Below, piece by piece: positions 32,901 through 44,374 of a DNA stretch of 64,000 nucleotides; positions within the stretch are counted from its first letter, which is position 1; every line of letters starts with the position of its first letter. The position numbers were made by a program, and so were the translations under genes. The stretch covers positions 372,001 to 436,000 of the forward strand of contig LSRY02000038.1 of assembly GCA_001643675.2 (NCBI GenBank). The letters are read 5' to 3'. Origin of the DNA: Monocercomonoides exilis PA203. Its lineage: Eukaryota; Protista; Preaxostyla. A model generated the notes under the pieces. It saw nothing but the letters and a program-made list of their open reading frames with translations, was not told the DNA's origin and made no database searches.

Positions 32901-35123
32901 AACCACAAACACATTCGGTGAAGAATCTCTTTCAGAGTTGTGATCAATTCCCACATGAAGAATCTCCAGCTGCCCACTCCCCACACTGAACAGCGTTGTT
33001 GAAGGAGAAGAAAGAGAGCTCGTCATGATCACACTCACTTGCTTCCCTTTCCCAATGACCGAAATCTTCTTTGTCCCAATCTCAATTGTTGTTGTTTCGC
33101 TTATGTGATTCCCTTCCAACAGCGTGATCGATGAGCTCAGCTCTTCCAAGCCCGTCTCCATCGCATGTCCAACAGTCTTGCAAGGAACCAACTCATCCAT
33201 TCCACACAGCCCATTTGAGTCGTCTCCATTCACCCCTACAAGCAGAACCTTCTGCCATTCGTTCAGCCAGCCCATCTTTTCGGTGTGCTGATATGTCCAA
33301 TTTTTTGAACTTGAAAAATTGGATGCATAGCACACTCTCTGATTGTTTGAGTTTGTTGTGAAACATTCATGGAACGGAATTCCAGAGTTCACATACAAAT
33401 TGTGATGATCAATAAATTCGACATCATGCCCGTATGGAAGATTGGAAGAACATTCACATTGATGGAAGAAAAGGAAATAGCAATAAATTTTATCATTTGG
33501 CGCTGTTGATTCATTTGGATACAATCTCAATCCTCCTCCATTTGATTTTGCAGAGCAAGAAATATACTGAATGCTCCTCATTTTGAATTCCGTTGGAACT
33601 CTGCAACAAAACATACCTCCACCACAAGTATTAAAAACAGAACAGGAAGAGAAGCTGCAGTCAAACACGCATGCACTTCCACTTCCTCCATTTTCTGTTT
33701 CAATATATTCAGATCCTGAAACTTTAAAATTTTCGAGTTCAAGTCCTCCACCGTAAAAATTTGCTTCACAATTCTGGAATTCGCAACTGCTTATCCGAAC
33801 ATTTGATGAAATAGCAGCAAAACACATTCCTCCTCCCAAATAAGTTTGAGCAGTGCAAGAGTTGAATAAGTTGTTTTCAATTTCAACAGATTTGAGACTT
33901 ACACACATAACTCCTCCTCCATCGTAATGAGCATAGCAGTTGTTGAAAGTGCAGTGAGAAACAAACAGTCCTCCATTAACCAAGTTATTCATAAAAATTG
34001 CCCCACCATTTGAAGCCGCATCAGTGTATGTATTTTTTGTTCCAGTTGTCCTCGATCCGTTCCACTCGCACCAAATGAATGTGTTTTGCCCATTTTCTGT
34101 TTCGTTCTGTCTCCCTGGCTTCGATGGAATTTCTTTGCTTCCAATGAATTCAACATTTCCTGTGCGTGTGCATCCGGCAAAAGAGGTGTTTGAGGCTGTC
34201 AAAGAGGCCAAGGGACTGTTCAGAGAAGGAACAATCCCTCCATCATACACATCACAAACTGATGAAAATGAGCAGTCATTCATCAGAGTGGAACATCCAC
34301 ATCCCAAATCAAAAGGAATCCCTTTGTGTGTTGGAACTGTTGAAATGTTGGTGAAAATCAAATATGTGAGTGAAACGCTCTCAATAAAGTGAGAAGACAG
34401 AAATGAAGGAGAAGACATCTGGAATGAAGAAAAGCCTGACGAGCAAGCAGAAACACAATTGGCTGAGTGACTTTTTGATCCACTCATTTGTGAGGAAAAA
34501 AGAGGAGGTATGTGTGTCTGCTGTGAATTCCAAAATCGAAGTGTCAAGTTTGACAAAGATATTCGACTCCCACACAAATCAAATGGACTTATCCCGCTTC
34601 TGACTTCAAAATTGCATCCAATAATCATCGCAACACTTTCAGTTCTTAAGGTTAATGAACTTGTTAATCCATTTGCCATCATCCCCAAATTCATGCACAA
34701 CAAAGATGAATTATCCAGAATAATGTGACTTTTCATCTTGCTTTCTTCAATTCCTTCTTCAACCTTCTTTCCATTGTAGATGCTAATATATGATGCGTCT
34801 CCTTCAATTATGACGATATTCCTGTTTGTGTTTGTGTTTGCCGATTCAATTCTGTTGTTTTGATTCTTTCTCCATTTTCCTTTCCATCCCTCAGATTCAT
34901 CATGTTCAGAACTCTTTTCACAATGTTGTGCTTGCACATAAGTTTCCTTTATATTGCAATTATTTTCAGCTTCAGTTGAAGTCGTCCAATCACTTGCAGG
35001 AATCATTTGAGAAACATTTAATTCTGGAATTGTTCCAACTTTGTCATTTGTTGCATCGTTGCACAAGCAATGCAAATTAATAATGTTCACCAATATTGCA
35101 GCAATAACCATCATTAGATTCAT
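26961..35123 (-). CDS. Giant type I membrane beta-helix receptor with pseudokinase tail (copy B, inverted paralog of 5408-13594)
   Basis: Intronless ORF, ATG at 35123. Same architecture as copy A and near-identical over long blocks (N-terminus, central ectodomain, DPKAFEMVTME, LRWKAPELLINKK). Confidence 0.88.
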   Translation of the reverse strand: MNLMMVIAAILVNIINLHCLCNDATNDKVGTIPELNVSQMIPASDWTTSTEAENNCNIKETYVQAQHCEKSSEHDESEGWKGKWRKNQNNRIESANTNTNRNIVIIEGDASYISIYNGKKVEEGIEESKMKSHIILDNSSLLCMNLGMMANGLTSSLTLRTESVAMIIGCNFEVRSGISPFDLCGSRISLSNLTLRFWNSQQTHIPPLFSSQMSGSKSHSANCVSACSSGFSSFQMSSPSFLSSHFIESVSLTYLIFTNISTVPTHKGIPFDLGCGCSTLMNDCSFSSVCDVYDGGIVPSLNSPLASLTASNTSFAGCTRTGNVEFIGSKEIPSKPGRQNETENGQNTFIWCEWNGSRTTGTKNTYTDAASNGGAIFMNNLVNGGLFVSHCTFNNCYAHYDGGGVMCVSLKSVEIENNLFNSCTAQTYLGGGMCFAAISSNVRISSCEFQNCEANFYGGGLELENFKVSGSEYIETENGGSGSACVFDCSFSSCSVFNTCGGGMFCCRVPTEFKMRSIQYISCSAKSNGGGLRLYPNESTAPNDKIYCYFLFFHQCECSSNLPYGHDVEFIDHHNLYVNSGIPFHECFTTNSNNQRVCYASNFSSSKNWTYQHTEKMGWLNEWQKVLLVGVNGDDSNGLCGMDELVPCKTVGHAMETGLEELSSSITLLEGNHISETTTIEIGTKKISVIGKGKQVSVIMTSSLSSPSTTLFSVGSGQLEILHVGIDHNSERDSSPNVFVVSDGSGSLSLEDVLISSSVVGTNVISSSVFVVALSQLRMIDVEIKDMKVSQPLFSEPSSGEAESEESFLSNVTIRNVNLTEGDGVVVAKSVNREETFVVSNATIEGCVCENGNGGGIHICLQGKGEVVVNRTSLIDGCVAMGIEGNGGRGGGLYVVMESGGSGLTIGENVEFSKEIQNVAEYGKDVFVSCGGGVFLESKVNTNTFAFFDTREIPSDVFQLSGSENGDESGVIPLFVYLCTMGTKVLVDGSGGNGMDHNRCGFEGFGCLTVDYCANSRLSESSNEMEVVSSSSIKDEIEFFSFGAIISGRIVSSDGERTGVNVSDGGSATQDWLVGCSSSLTMSRLSFVVKDQLNSRRSAFIHSISTLSVTNCSVSFEGEALTDGKIGYNVINVEGGNLIVDGFLMESGVTLKMNGKSPISMTSGAQLEILNSRVSGMEVEGGIGGGCLNVGMKEGGSSKIEECNLSSICSGGSGMKGGGMMISVGSGGSLNMKNVNLSECEVQTEDREDRGRGMGGGMFAELPEEIGSFVMEGMEFEGCNAWKGKNVFVSGWDLREIVNKEHFKWEMNEEELKSLDELCGWEMKTTGEKGYVIPLVVYLWSNWSGNGFVSREKGGDFSGCGYSEAPCSSVDHLISLRYGSLGEGESHIKIVGSGLLQKSISFLSSLSLSITPVVSIEGENEETILKVSEEGGMITSNVVVSFTNLSFSLPNELVSHSSLIHSATSSATSLSIKRCSFVCEDSAKETKYCLIKADGGSVVIEDCTLSQFNLAKGFVEFTADVKSVDVMNVSVSNTTISGSSLISLSRAFPTNVLISKARENTKQIVRVNSSSFANITCLENRACVMSVGSFLNGMECEIEGCVLTKCMSERSLEGGGMKMLMKRGESEMKVSGCSFGMCVCSTGNGRGGGMMIDALDPNGEHTNTEIPPLGLRLENIRFMMNDAFVGKDVFIRCDSIDLQLNERLFGLDFSQEALKGKDSMCGSDGEGKVDVDLIPLITFYYSSQVFVCVNGSDNRQCGAQNHPCESIGNAVQHIQRSMMNVLWIDGEGMMGEECVIGDVRMVSMGREKATVHFEGKMEERGEERSMMVFVNESVVERCLFVFGEMFESTQKYVVKVKEGQMVMNECSFEGSASGMGKMLKNTLVGVEGGEMEMVRCTIRNICHCGRLVVFCGESLAVMDETRIWDVESEGEMIVVEGEARVSVKEVGMENITIMGEWSVMGMRGSGDGNLSNCTFSGCESGREKGGIVLVENCEDVWIEMCDVCGGVDKEDEERNLMEMNEKEEKEGRERICKWNGSMVGVEKSRVVMKDTRIQESGKGGLSVSGGSVTIIEGKFENNNPFIEKYPSVRRNIICSDSGILNINSLKGGDGLMPNSSLWILNDGCSLGGIAAERQSPFFVPRLEDISVNENGSNIVVKFKGSLFVPCDLSFRVVYKTGDVELVETYQFEEDGFVSETEVIGRVPSENISLASDETEVSVMILFGKQSVETSPQILKNKTESKNGNEKVVEGREEVKSYWLLIVIVLVVVLLIVLIVSIILAIRWRKAKNENKDLREIVNDNIRKDPKAFEMVTMEISPEEQWRRAEREAENKNEERIKKRVYAKKMAHSESSEHLLSESGSTEYILGRDSDKIPEWALEKDEEEEIRKRTPSPSISSTSTTDTTDSDSTFVRREDLCPTTSSMSNLVDAIACSSPHEKLIVDLRDSLFMLLHGLNKTKEMAIGTLKEREQTAAQILFWVANGALHSFDEMEYPLSSFENLNPHIVLFSEHMVICIALHSDCSSDSDTSSSSSLTIVSSSSNISLMSERFTDSPPPSSAFEEDDDLKKECLRWKAPELLINKKMGATKESVVFSIGMMLWECLTLDIPFGEYDAETAGQKIENGERSSIQMISSSAYHDIIKGCFSEQETARPTVVTLKREFIQRFPAGAVVLTISDAIDLNDDSQEGEGGSGSISILFVEKPTVIERASDVNDYQQTDNLL

Positions 35124-35649
35124 TCTGATGAGATAAATCAATTTTCTTTTTTCTTCTTTGAATTATTATTATTAAGGGTCATTTATGATCTGGTGTTCAA
35201 AGAAAAAACATTTAAATGAACTTGTTGTTATTCAACTCAATCGTTCTGCAATCGTTGAAAAATCAATGAACCATTCAAACTCTTGTTTATCTTGTTCATT
35301 CGTGTTTGTTTCAGAAATCAGACATGATAAATGAAATCTTTTTCTTTTGATATTTGCTTCATTTTTTATGAACCAAAACAAAAGTTTCTTTATAGCGTAA
35401 CAATAAAATTTTGTGTTTGTTGTTTTCTTTCTTTTGATGAATTAGCTGGCATTTACGTAAATAAAGTCAAACAAGTCATAAGGGACAAAATTCTTGCATT
35501 TATGAAAAAAACAATGATTTGTTCCAAAAGTTTTCGGATATCATATCATTTAAATCTGACATTCTCGTGCTAAATAAATAATAGAAATTAAAAAATAAAT
35601 ATTTTTTGTTATTTTTTTATTTAAAAAATCATTTTTTTAAATAAGTTTT

Positions 35650-38370
35650 TCATTTCATCTTTTTTGTAGAAGACAAAGAAGACAAAGAAGAAAGAGAAGA
35701 AGTTCGTTTCGGAATTGTTCTTTCTATTTGTGATTGTCTGGGTGAAGATGGATTTGAGCGAGGCCTCTCAGAAACATTCTGTGAAGTGGCATTTGATAGA
35801 CGAGGAGACTGGGAAAGAGGGCGGGGTGGGATGATTGCAGAAACAGAAGAAGAGGAAGAGGAAGAAGAAGAAGAAGAAGAAAAGGAAGATGAAGAGGAAG
35901 AGGAAGAGGAAGAAGAAGGTGAATGAGATGAATGAGATGAAGGAGACAAAGGAGAACGTGAAGATTTGTGTGTGCGATTGTGAAGTGGAGCAGAAGATGT
36001 GAAATGCATATTAGCAGATGAAGAAGAAGGAGAGGAGGAGGAAGAGGAGGAAGAAGGAGAAGGCGAGGCAAGTGAAGTGCGTTGTGTTGGTGCAATCGGC
36101 ATCTGAGTTGAAGTGTGCTGTGAAATGGAGCTTTTGTTCTGTGAAAGAGAAGAAGAGGAAGAGTAAGAGTAAGAGGAAGAGGAAGGAGAAAGAGAAGAAG
36201 AAGAAGAAGATCCGAAAGAAGTACGATTCAATGAATTTGCTTGTTTCTTTGCATCAATTCCATCCATCTCCCCACCTCCACTCCATTTCTTCTCCATCTT
36301 CTCCTTCTTCTCCTTCTTCTCCATCTTCTCCTTCTTCTCCTTCTTCTCCTTCTTCTCCTTCTCTTCCTTCCTCTCTATTTTCTCCATCTTCTCCATCTTC
36401 TCTATTTTCTCTATTCTCTCCGCATTCTTCTTCATCCTCACCCCGATTCTACTCCCCTCTTCCCTCACCACCTCCGCCTCTTCATTAAACCTCGCCATCT
36501 CATTCACTTCCCTCGCTGCTTTGCCATATGCCTCTTCCAACAGCCTGCTCATCTTCCTCAGTGCTTCCAGCTCTGCATTCTTCTTCTTCACCACATTTCC
36601 AATCTCTTCGATTTCTTCCTCTTTCTCACTCACTTTCGCATCTGCTTCGTTCAAATCCAGCTCACTTTCTCGCAATTTCTGATGAAGATGGACAATTTCT
36701 GTCTTCAGCCTCATGTTCTCTCTCTCCAACACATCCAAATCGTATCCTCCTCCTCCTCTTCTTCTTCTTCTTGTCTGCTTTTGCTTTTGCTTCTGTTGAT
36801 GTTGTGATTTGGTCTTCTCATCGAAATCGGATGAAGCAAGTGAAGGAGGAGGAGGAGAAGAAGAAGAAGATCTTGCATTAACTTCTTCTTCTTCTTCTTC
36901 TTTTCCATCTTCTCCTTCTCTGCCTCTAAGCAAGCTCTGTGATTCCATAATCAGTTTTTCCTGTTCTTTCAGTGCGGACAGAAGAAAACTGACTTTGCTG
37001 AAGGGCACCATCGCCTCTTCCACATCACCCAATCTCTCACTGATCAACTCTGCTTTCTTCCCTTGCTGCTTTTTATTTCCTAATTTAACCTCATTTTCTT
37101 CTCCATTTTTGCCTTTTTTCTCTTTCTTCTTCTCCTTCATCCTCCTCACCTTCATCAGGATCCATTCCATCGATGCATCGCTCGCCCTTCTCATTTCTGC
37201 TGCTACTTTCACGGCTGCTTCATACCTCCCTTCGCTCATCACAAACTTTGCCTTGTTCATCTGGCTAATTGCTAATGTTTCATTCAATTCTTCATTCAGT
37301 ACATCCATCTGCTCCTGCTGCCATAGAAGCTTCTTCCTCAGAGCGTTGACAAGAGTGAAGGAGGAGGGAATTGGAGGAGGGGAAGAAGAAGAATGAGAAG
37401 AAGAAGAAAAGGAAGAAGGAGAAATAAAAGCAGAAGTTCGGAATGTCCCAGATGTGTTGCTTCGTTCTGCTAAGCTGACTATTTCTTTGACTTGGTTTTT
37501 CTTTTTCTTTTTCTTCCCTCCAAACTTAATTTTTCCTTTCATTCCGTTGCTATCTTCATCATCATCATCACTTTCTTCTTCTTCTTCTTCTTCCTCTTCT
37601 TTCCATCTCCTCCACACTTCCTCACTCACATCTCTTTCTTTCCTCATTCTCTCTGCATCTCTCTTCAATTCTTCATTCAAAAACTCCAAATGAATCATTT
37701 CCGCATTCAAAGAAGCACATTTTCCCTCAAAAAACGCGATTCTTGTCTGCAAAAGGCGAATAAGCTGCTGCTGGGAAGAGAAAAAGAGGAGAAGGCTGTG
37801 GGGAAGAAGAGGTTTTTGAGGGTATTTGTGAATGATGGAGAAGGTGGAATGAGGAGAAGAAGAAAAGGAGGTGGTGGTGGAAGAAGAAGAAGAAGAGGAA
37901 GAAGAAGAAGGATAAGAAGAAAGAGGAGATGGAGAAGAAAGAGAAGAAGAGGAAGAAGAAGAATACAACATCTTTTCATCAGATTGCATTGGAAGCGGAT
38001 CAAATGGATTGACTGCTACGTTTTCATCCATTTCGTCTCGAATCTCATTTTGAGGAATAAATTCAAAAGAATTTGGCTTTTGAATGTAATTATTTTTGTG
38101 ATTGCGAAGATTTTTATTCTCTTTTTCATTTTCTTCTTCTTCTTCTTCTTCTTCTTCATTTTCTTCTCTTTCTCTTTCTTCTCTTTCTTCTCTTTCCTTT
38201 TCGCTTCTAACTTCTTCGCATATTTTGATCGACATTTCGCCAAACAAACCAGAAAAAAGCAGATTTTCAGACACTTTTTGAAGCAATTCCAGTTCTTTTT
38301 GTTCTTTTTCAGTCATTTTTGTGACATCTCTTGAAGGAAAAGTTTTGAATGTGTTGAGAAAAGAAGAGGA

Positions 38371-38406
<36 letters not shown>

Positions 38407-38437
38407 AGAGGAAGATAGAGAAGAAGAAGAAGAAGAA

Positions 38438-38469
<32 letters not shown>

Positions 38470-41400
38470 AGAGGAAGAAGAAGATTGTGAATGAGATGAA
38501 TATTGATGTGGAATAAGATTGAAAGAAGAAGCAAAAGTTGGCTGAAGAACAGAATGAGGAACAGAAAAAGCAGGTTTGTGTTCAGATGGAGAAAGAAAAG
38601 AGGACAAATCAGAAGAAGAAGAAGAAAGAAGAGAAGAAGGAGAAAGAGAAAGAGAAGAAGAAGATGATGATGATGGTGACAATGAAATGGAATGAGAAGA
38701 AGAAGAAGAAGAAGAAGAAATTTTCATCTTTGTTGGATCTTGTTTTTCCTTCTCATTTTGCAAAAGTCTTTTTGTGTTCGTTTTTTTTATTGAATTTGTG
38801 GCGATTTCAGTGAAATCAGATGAAAGACGAAGAAGAAGGAAGTTCAATGGAAGAGAAGGAGAGGAAGAAGAGGAAGAAGAAGAGGAAGAAGGAGAAGGAG
38901 AAGAAGAAGAAGATGATGATGATTGTGAAATGTTTGTTGGTTTTGAATTAGAAGGAGAAGAAGAGGAAGAGGAATAAGAAGAAGAAACATTACAATTTTG
39001 AGGTGTTTGGCAATTTTGAAGAGTAACAACAGCTTTTTTGAAGGCAGAAAGGAAAGAAGAAGGAAGCATAACGAATGGAACAAGATTATCTGATGAAAGA
39101 GAAGGAGAAGGAGAAAGAGAAGAGGAGGAAGAAGAAAGAGAAGATGAAGAAGGCACAAAAAAGGCAGATAAAATGAGAAGAAAATCGGTTTCCTTCAAAA
39201 CATTCAGCAAGCAGAGCTGAAGTTGTCTGTTGGAATCTCTTAAAAACTTGTTTATTTGCTTAAGAGATGAAAGAGAAGAAGAAGAGGAAGAAGAAGAAGA
39301 AGATGATGATGATGAAATTGAAACCTCTTCTTTCTCCTCTTTCTCTTTCTCTCTTCCTTCTTCTCTTCCTTCTCTTCCTCTTTCTTCTCCATCTCTTTCT
39401 CTTCTTCTTCCCCCACAAACATCATCATAAACCCCGTTCTTCTCAAACAAAGCCTCAGCCAATGCATGTTGTGAATATTGATAAAGTCTTCTAAGAGAAA
39501 AGAAAAGATGAGAAGGAACATTCAAAGAAAGAGAAGAAGAAGAAGACACGGAGAAACGGAGAATTTCGCATTCGCATTCGACAAGGCGCTGGAGAAGAGA
39601 AGGGTATGTGGACTTGATAAAGGCATGGAGACGATTGAGACGAGAAGAAAGAATAAAATGCTCGTTTTCATTGTTGTTGTTGTTGTCGGAAGAAGAAGAA
39701 GAAGAAGAAGAAATTGAATTTTTGTGTTTATTATTAACTTTCTTTTCTTCCTCTTTCTCTTCCTCTTTCTCTTCTTCATTCTCTTCTTCCTCCTCCTCCT
39801 CTTCTCCTTCTCCTTCTTCTCTGTCATTCTTCTTCATCTCCTTCATCTTCTTCTTCATCTCCTTCACTTTTTCTCCCTCTCCAACATTCACCCCCTTCTC
39901 CTCCATCTCCTTTAAAATTCCATTCCACACATTTTCAATCGCTTCTTTCTTCTTCCTCTCTTCTTCTGCTTCAACGTTCTTCTCTTCATACTTCTTCATC
40001 AAAGAATTAAACCGGATTACCATCTTCTTCGCGTCCCACACATTTTCTCCTCCGTTTTTCCCTTCTTCCTCCACTGGCAAATCTGCCAATTTTCTCAATT
40101 CTTCCGTCTCTTTCTTCAAATTTTCATATTCTTCCTCCAACTTCTTCATCTTCTTCTCATTTTTCTCTTTCACTTCTTCCAATTTTTCGATTTCTTTCTT
40201 TTGTTTCATTTTTTCTTTCTCATTTTCTATTTTCTCTTTCTTCGTTTCCTTCATCAATTTGCTTATTTCTTCATTCAATTGCTCTTTTGCTGCTTTCAAT
40301 TGTTGTTTGAGCGATCTGTTTGCCATCTGCAGCTTCACAAGCTCTTCTTTCTGACGAATTAATGAAGAAGAGGAAGAAGAAGAGGAAGAAGAAATCTTAA
40401 AATCATCATCATATTCTTCTTCTCTTTCTTCTTCTCTTTCTTCTCTTTCTTCTCCTTCTTTCTTCCCCTTCCTCCCTCTCCTCCTCTTCAACTCCCTCTT
40501 CAACTCCATCTCCACTTCTTCCCTCCTCTTCCTCTCTTTCTCCATTTCCCTCTTCATTTCCCTCTCTTTCTCCTTCATTTCCTCCAACATTTTGTCATTT
40601 TGTGCGGTTATCGCCCTCAACTGCCCCATCAGCTGCATAGATACCTCAAGTTGCTTGCTTGCTCCGCTTTCTGATTGAATTCCTCCTCCTTCTCTTCTTC
40701 TTCCTCCTTCTCTTCTTTCTCCTTCTCTTCCATCATCATCATCTTCTTCTTCTTCATCAGCAAAGTCATAACTTCTTCCTTCTCTTCCTCTTCCTCTTCC
40801 ATTTTCATCAGAAAATGAAGCAAATGAAGAAAACGAATTTGAAGTTGGAGGTGCAATTTGAGGAGGAATACGAGAAGAAGAAGAAGAAGCAGAAGCAGAA
40901 GAAGAAGAAGAAGAAGAAGAATTCAAATAACTTCCTCTTCCTCTGTCTTTATCTCCATCTCCATTTTTATTTCTTTCAGTATTATTATTATGTTTATTAT
41001 TATAACTAGATTTTACACTTCTTCTTCCTTCTCCTCTTCCTTCTCTTCCTCCTTCTCCTTCTCCTTCTTCTTCTCCTTCCTCCACCCTCCTCAGCTCATA
41101 CCCCTCTAATATATCCGCCACTGCCCTCTCCACTTTCTCCACCTTTCCCGCGGGGATATCGCTCTCCACCGCCCTCCCCGCCCTCATCATCGCCTGCACC
41201 CGCATCTGCTGCTTCAGCGAAATTCGCTCTTTTTCCAGCCTTTCTATTTCACTTTCGAGTGTGGAGACATAAGAGCGCAGCTGCTCGCACTCAAGACGGT
41301 GCTTGGACTTCATCTGGGACAGTTCTTTGGCTCGTTGGGTGGAGAAAGAGGAGGAGGAAGAGGAAGAAAAAGAGGAAGAAGAGGAAGAAAAGGAAGAAGA

Positions 41401-43020
41401 GGAAGAAGAAGAAGGAGAAGAAGGATAAGAATAAGGAGAATAAATTGAACCAACAATTGGTGATTGATCCTGGTCAAGGGGAGTGAAAGAATATTTGATA
41501 CCGACTGGGACGTTTGAAGGAGAAAGAGAAGAAGAAGAAGAAGAAGAAGAAGAAGGGGAATAAATAGAATTCTGTGATTTCCGTTGATAAATCCCATCTC
41601 CTTCTCCTTCTCCTTCTCCTCTTCTTCCTCTTTCTCCTTCTCTTCCTCTCTCTTCTTCTCCTTCTCTTTCCCTTTCCCTTTCTCCTTCTCCTTCTTTCTT
41701 CCCAAACACCTTCTCCTGCAGCCACTCCACTTCCTCCAGCACCACATCTTTCTCTTCATTCAGCCTGTCAATCTCCTTCAGCAGCTTCTCAATCTCTTCG
41801 TCTTTCTCTTTCATCATTTCCCTCATCTCCCCTGCTTCCTCCACTGCTTCTTTCAATCCATACACCCCCTTTTCATACTCCCTCATTCTCGCCTTCACAA
41901 ACAGAAGCTCATCTTCATCTACTTTTCGCTCTCTCAAAATGTCTTCGGCTTCTTTCTGCGCTGCCCCGCGCAGTTCCCTCTCTTTCTCGGCTGTTTGGAT
42001 CAGCTGAGACAGCGCTTTTTGGAGAGAACTGATACGCTGCTCGTATTTGAGGGCGGTTTCGGTCTGGAATGAGAGAGAGAGGGAAAGAAAGAGAAAGAAA
42101 ATTAAAGAAAAAAATAAAGAAAAAAAATAAGAAAAAAATAAATATAGAAAAAGAGAGAGAGAGGAAAGAAGAAGAAGAAGAAGAAAATAAATAAATAAAT
42201 AAATAAATAAAAGATATTAATTTTTATATTCACACAAACATCCAATCCGCCTCCAGCGCTATCCAACTGCTGTTGCAATATCTTCTCTCTAATTCTCGCT
42301 TCTTCTGCTTGTTCTTCTTCTCTTCTCTTCTTCAACGCCTTTCTCGTACTTTCATCTTTTCCCTCTTCTCTTTCTCCTTCTCCTCTTCCCTCTTTCTCCT
42401 TCTCCTTCTCCTTCCTCTTCAGCTCCTCCATCAAATCCACAATCTCCTCCTCCTTCGCCTGCAGCATCATCTGCGCATCTTCCACCTGCCTCTGCAGCTC
42501 TTCTATTTGTTGCCCATACCTTTTCTTCTTCTCTTCTTCAATAATCGCACTCAATCTCGCATTCTCCTCAAAAAACCGCTTCGATTCCGCAGCATGGTAC
42601 ATTATCTGCTTGTCCTTCAAATCCACCTGCCTCAGAAGCTCATTCAGATTCTGCTCAATCACAAAATTCAGCTCTTTCTCTTTCTTCCCCGTCTCCTTCA
42701 CATGCTCCTCTAACAAAGTCTGCAGCGATTCGCTGTGTTGTCTCAGCTCGGAGCATTCTTCTTCCAACTCTTCGTTTCTTCTTCGGCTCTCGTCTAATTC
42801 TCTTAACACAGAAGACAGTTGCTCTTTGTCGGCTTTGCCTTGAATGGCGTGCTCTTTCTGCTGTTCTATTTCTTGTGACAGAACAAGATTGTGGTCTGCT
42901 ATCTCGTTGTTCTCAACACGCAGGCGCTGAAAGGAACAGGAAAAATAATTTTTTTTTAATATAAATTTTTATTTATAAAATAAAATGAAAAGAAAGATAA
43001 AAAGAAGAAGAAAAGAAAAA

Positions 43021-43052
<32 letters not shown>

Positions 43053-43917
43053 AAAGATAGAAAAGAAAGAAAAGAAAAGAAAAGAAAGAAAAGTATTTTG
43101 CAATTTGAAGATATTCAGCAAATGGAGGGGAAAAATTAATAAATAAAATACAAACAATTTTCTGAAATAATAAAAAGAAATCCAAACCTCCAACTCTTGA
43201 CGCCTTTTGTCCAATTCAGCTTCGAATTCATTTTTCATCTTTGTCATCCGTTGCTCAATTTCAAAAACTTGCTTCTTCGCTTTTTCTTCTCGTTCTGCAC
43301 TATCTAACTTTTCACGCTTGACTTTTTCTTGCTCCTGTATTAAAGCAATATTTGATCCTCAACTATAAAGAGCTGTATTAATCAATCTCAAAGCACACTC
43401 TTTCTAAATCTTGCTGCAATGCCAAAATTTCTCGTCCCTTAGCGTTCGATTCTTGCCTCAGTCTTTCGATTTCATCTCTCAATTGTCTGTTTTCTTGCTC
43501 TGCTGAACGGTCATTGGCAACTTTTTCAAGACGAAGGTTATCATTTCGTAAATCCTGTGGGGAAAGAGTTAATTTTAAAAAAATTATTAATACTGAAAAA
43601 TCAATTCACACTTCAACAATGTTAATTGCTTCGTTCTTTTGTTTATCCCACAACCTTTAAAAAATTATGATAAATAAATAATAAAATCTACAGAAATTTT
43701 CACACTCAAGCATGCATTGAGTGACAGAAAACAAATGAAAGAGATTCGCTGGAGTTGAATCTGGATCATTTGTATTCACTTTCAAACTCGCAATCAACGA
43801 AAATAACTCAGCTCTTTCAGCTTCATCAGCTCCAACAATAATATCTTCAGAAATTCCTAGAATTGCATCCCAATCAACAGGTGTGACTTTTGGAAGAAAG
43901 TCTACCGACAATGACAT
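35650..43917 (-). CDS. CEP290: Ciliary transition-zone protein CEP290 (~2550 aa, 6 exons)
   Basis: Exons 43706-43917, 43612-43654, 43399-43554, 43188-43334, 42240-42926 and 35650-42063 join in frame via GT-AG introns. The N-terminus VDWDAIL...NLFHLFSVTQCML and the motifs MREYEKGVYGLKEAV and EIERLEKERISLKQQMR match recalled CEP290 hallmarks (INWKEIM...VIHLFRITQSLM; DYESGVYGLEDAV; EIESLEEERLDLK). Long coiled coils. Confidence 0.85.
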
Positions 43918-44374
43918 GCAATATCGCCAAAAGAAGCTGTTTTACAATTTCAAATTTAAATAAAAAAGTTTGGGAAATTTCATAAATGAAGTCTCAATTA
44001 AATCGAACCAGTCTCATTTTCTTTTAAAAAATCAAAAAATAATTTCTTTGGAAATAGAAATTTTCTAACTCTGTTGTTTTCAATTAAACATAACTCTGTG
44101 TTTATTCGAAAATAAAAATTGAAAAGGAAAAGGTAATGTCGTTTTGAAAATAAAATTGCAATAGTTAAATAAACCTTCAAACATAAAAATCAAAATTATC
44201 TCAATTTTAACAAATTACTCAAACAAAAGGATTATTTTACATGTACAAGAACTTTATAAAAATGTACGATTACATATACATCAACTTACAGCTTTGATCT
44301 AATTGCTGCAGTGGTAATCATATACATAAAAAAAAAAATAAAGACGAGATTTTTCTCCTTTTTTCTTTCTCCTT

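Noticed and set aside
27244-35080. Numerous antisense ORFs overlapping the giant receptor, CEP290, MRE11 and 56-64 kb genes
   Set aside because: They are shadow frames caused by codon bias and low complexity, with no independent motifs.
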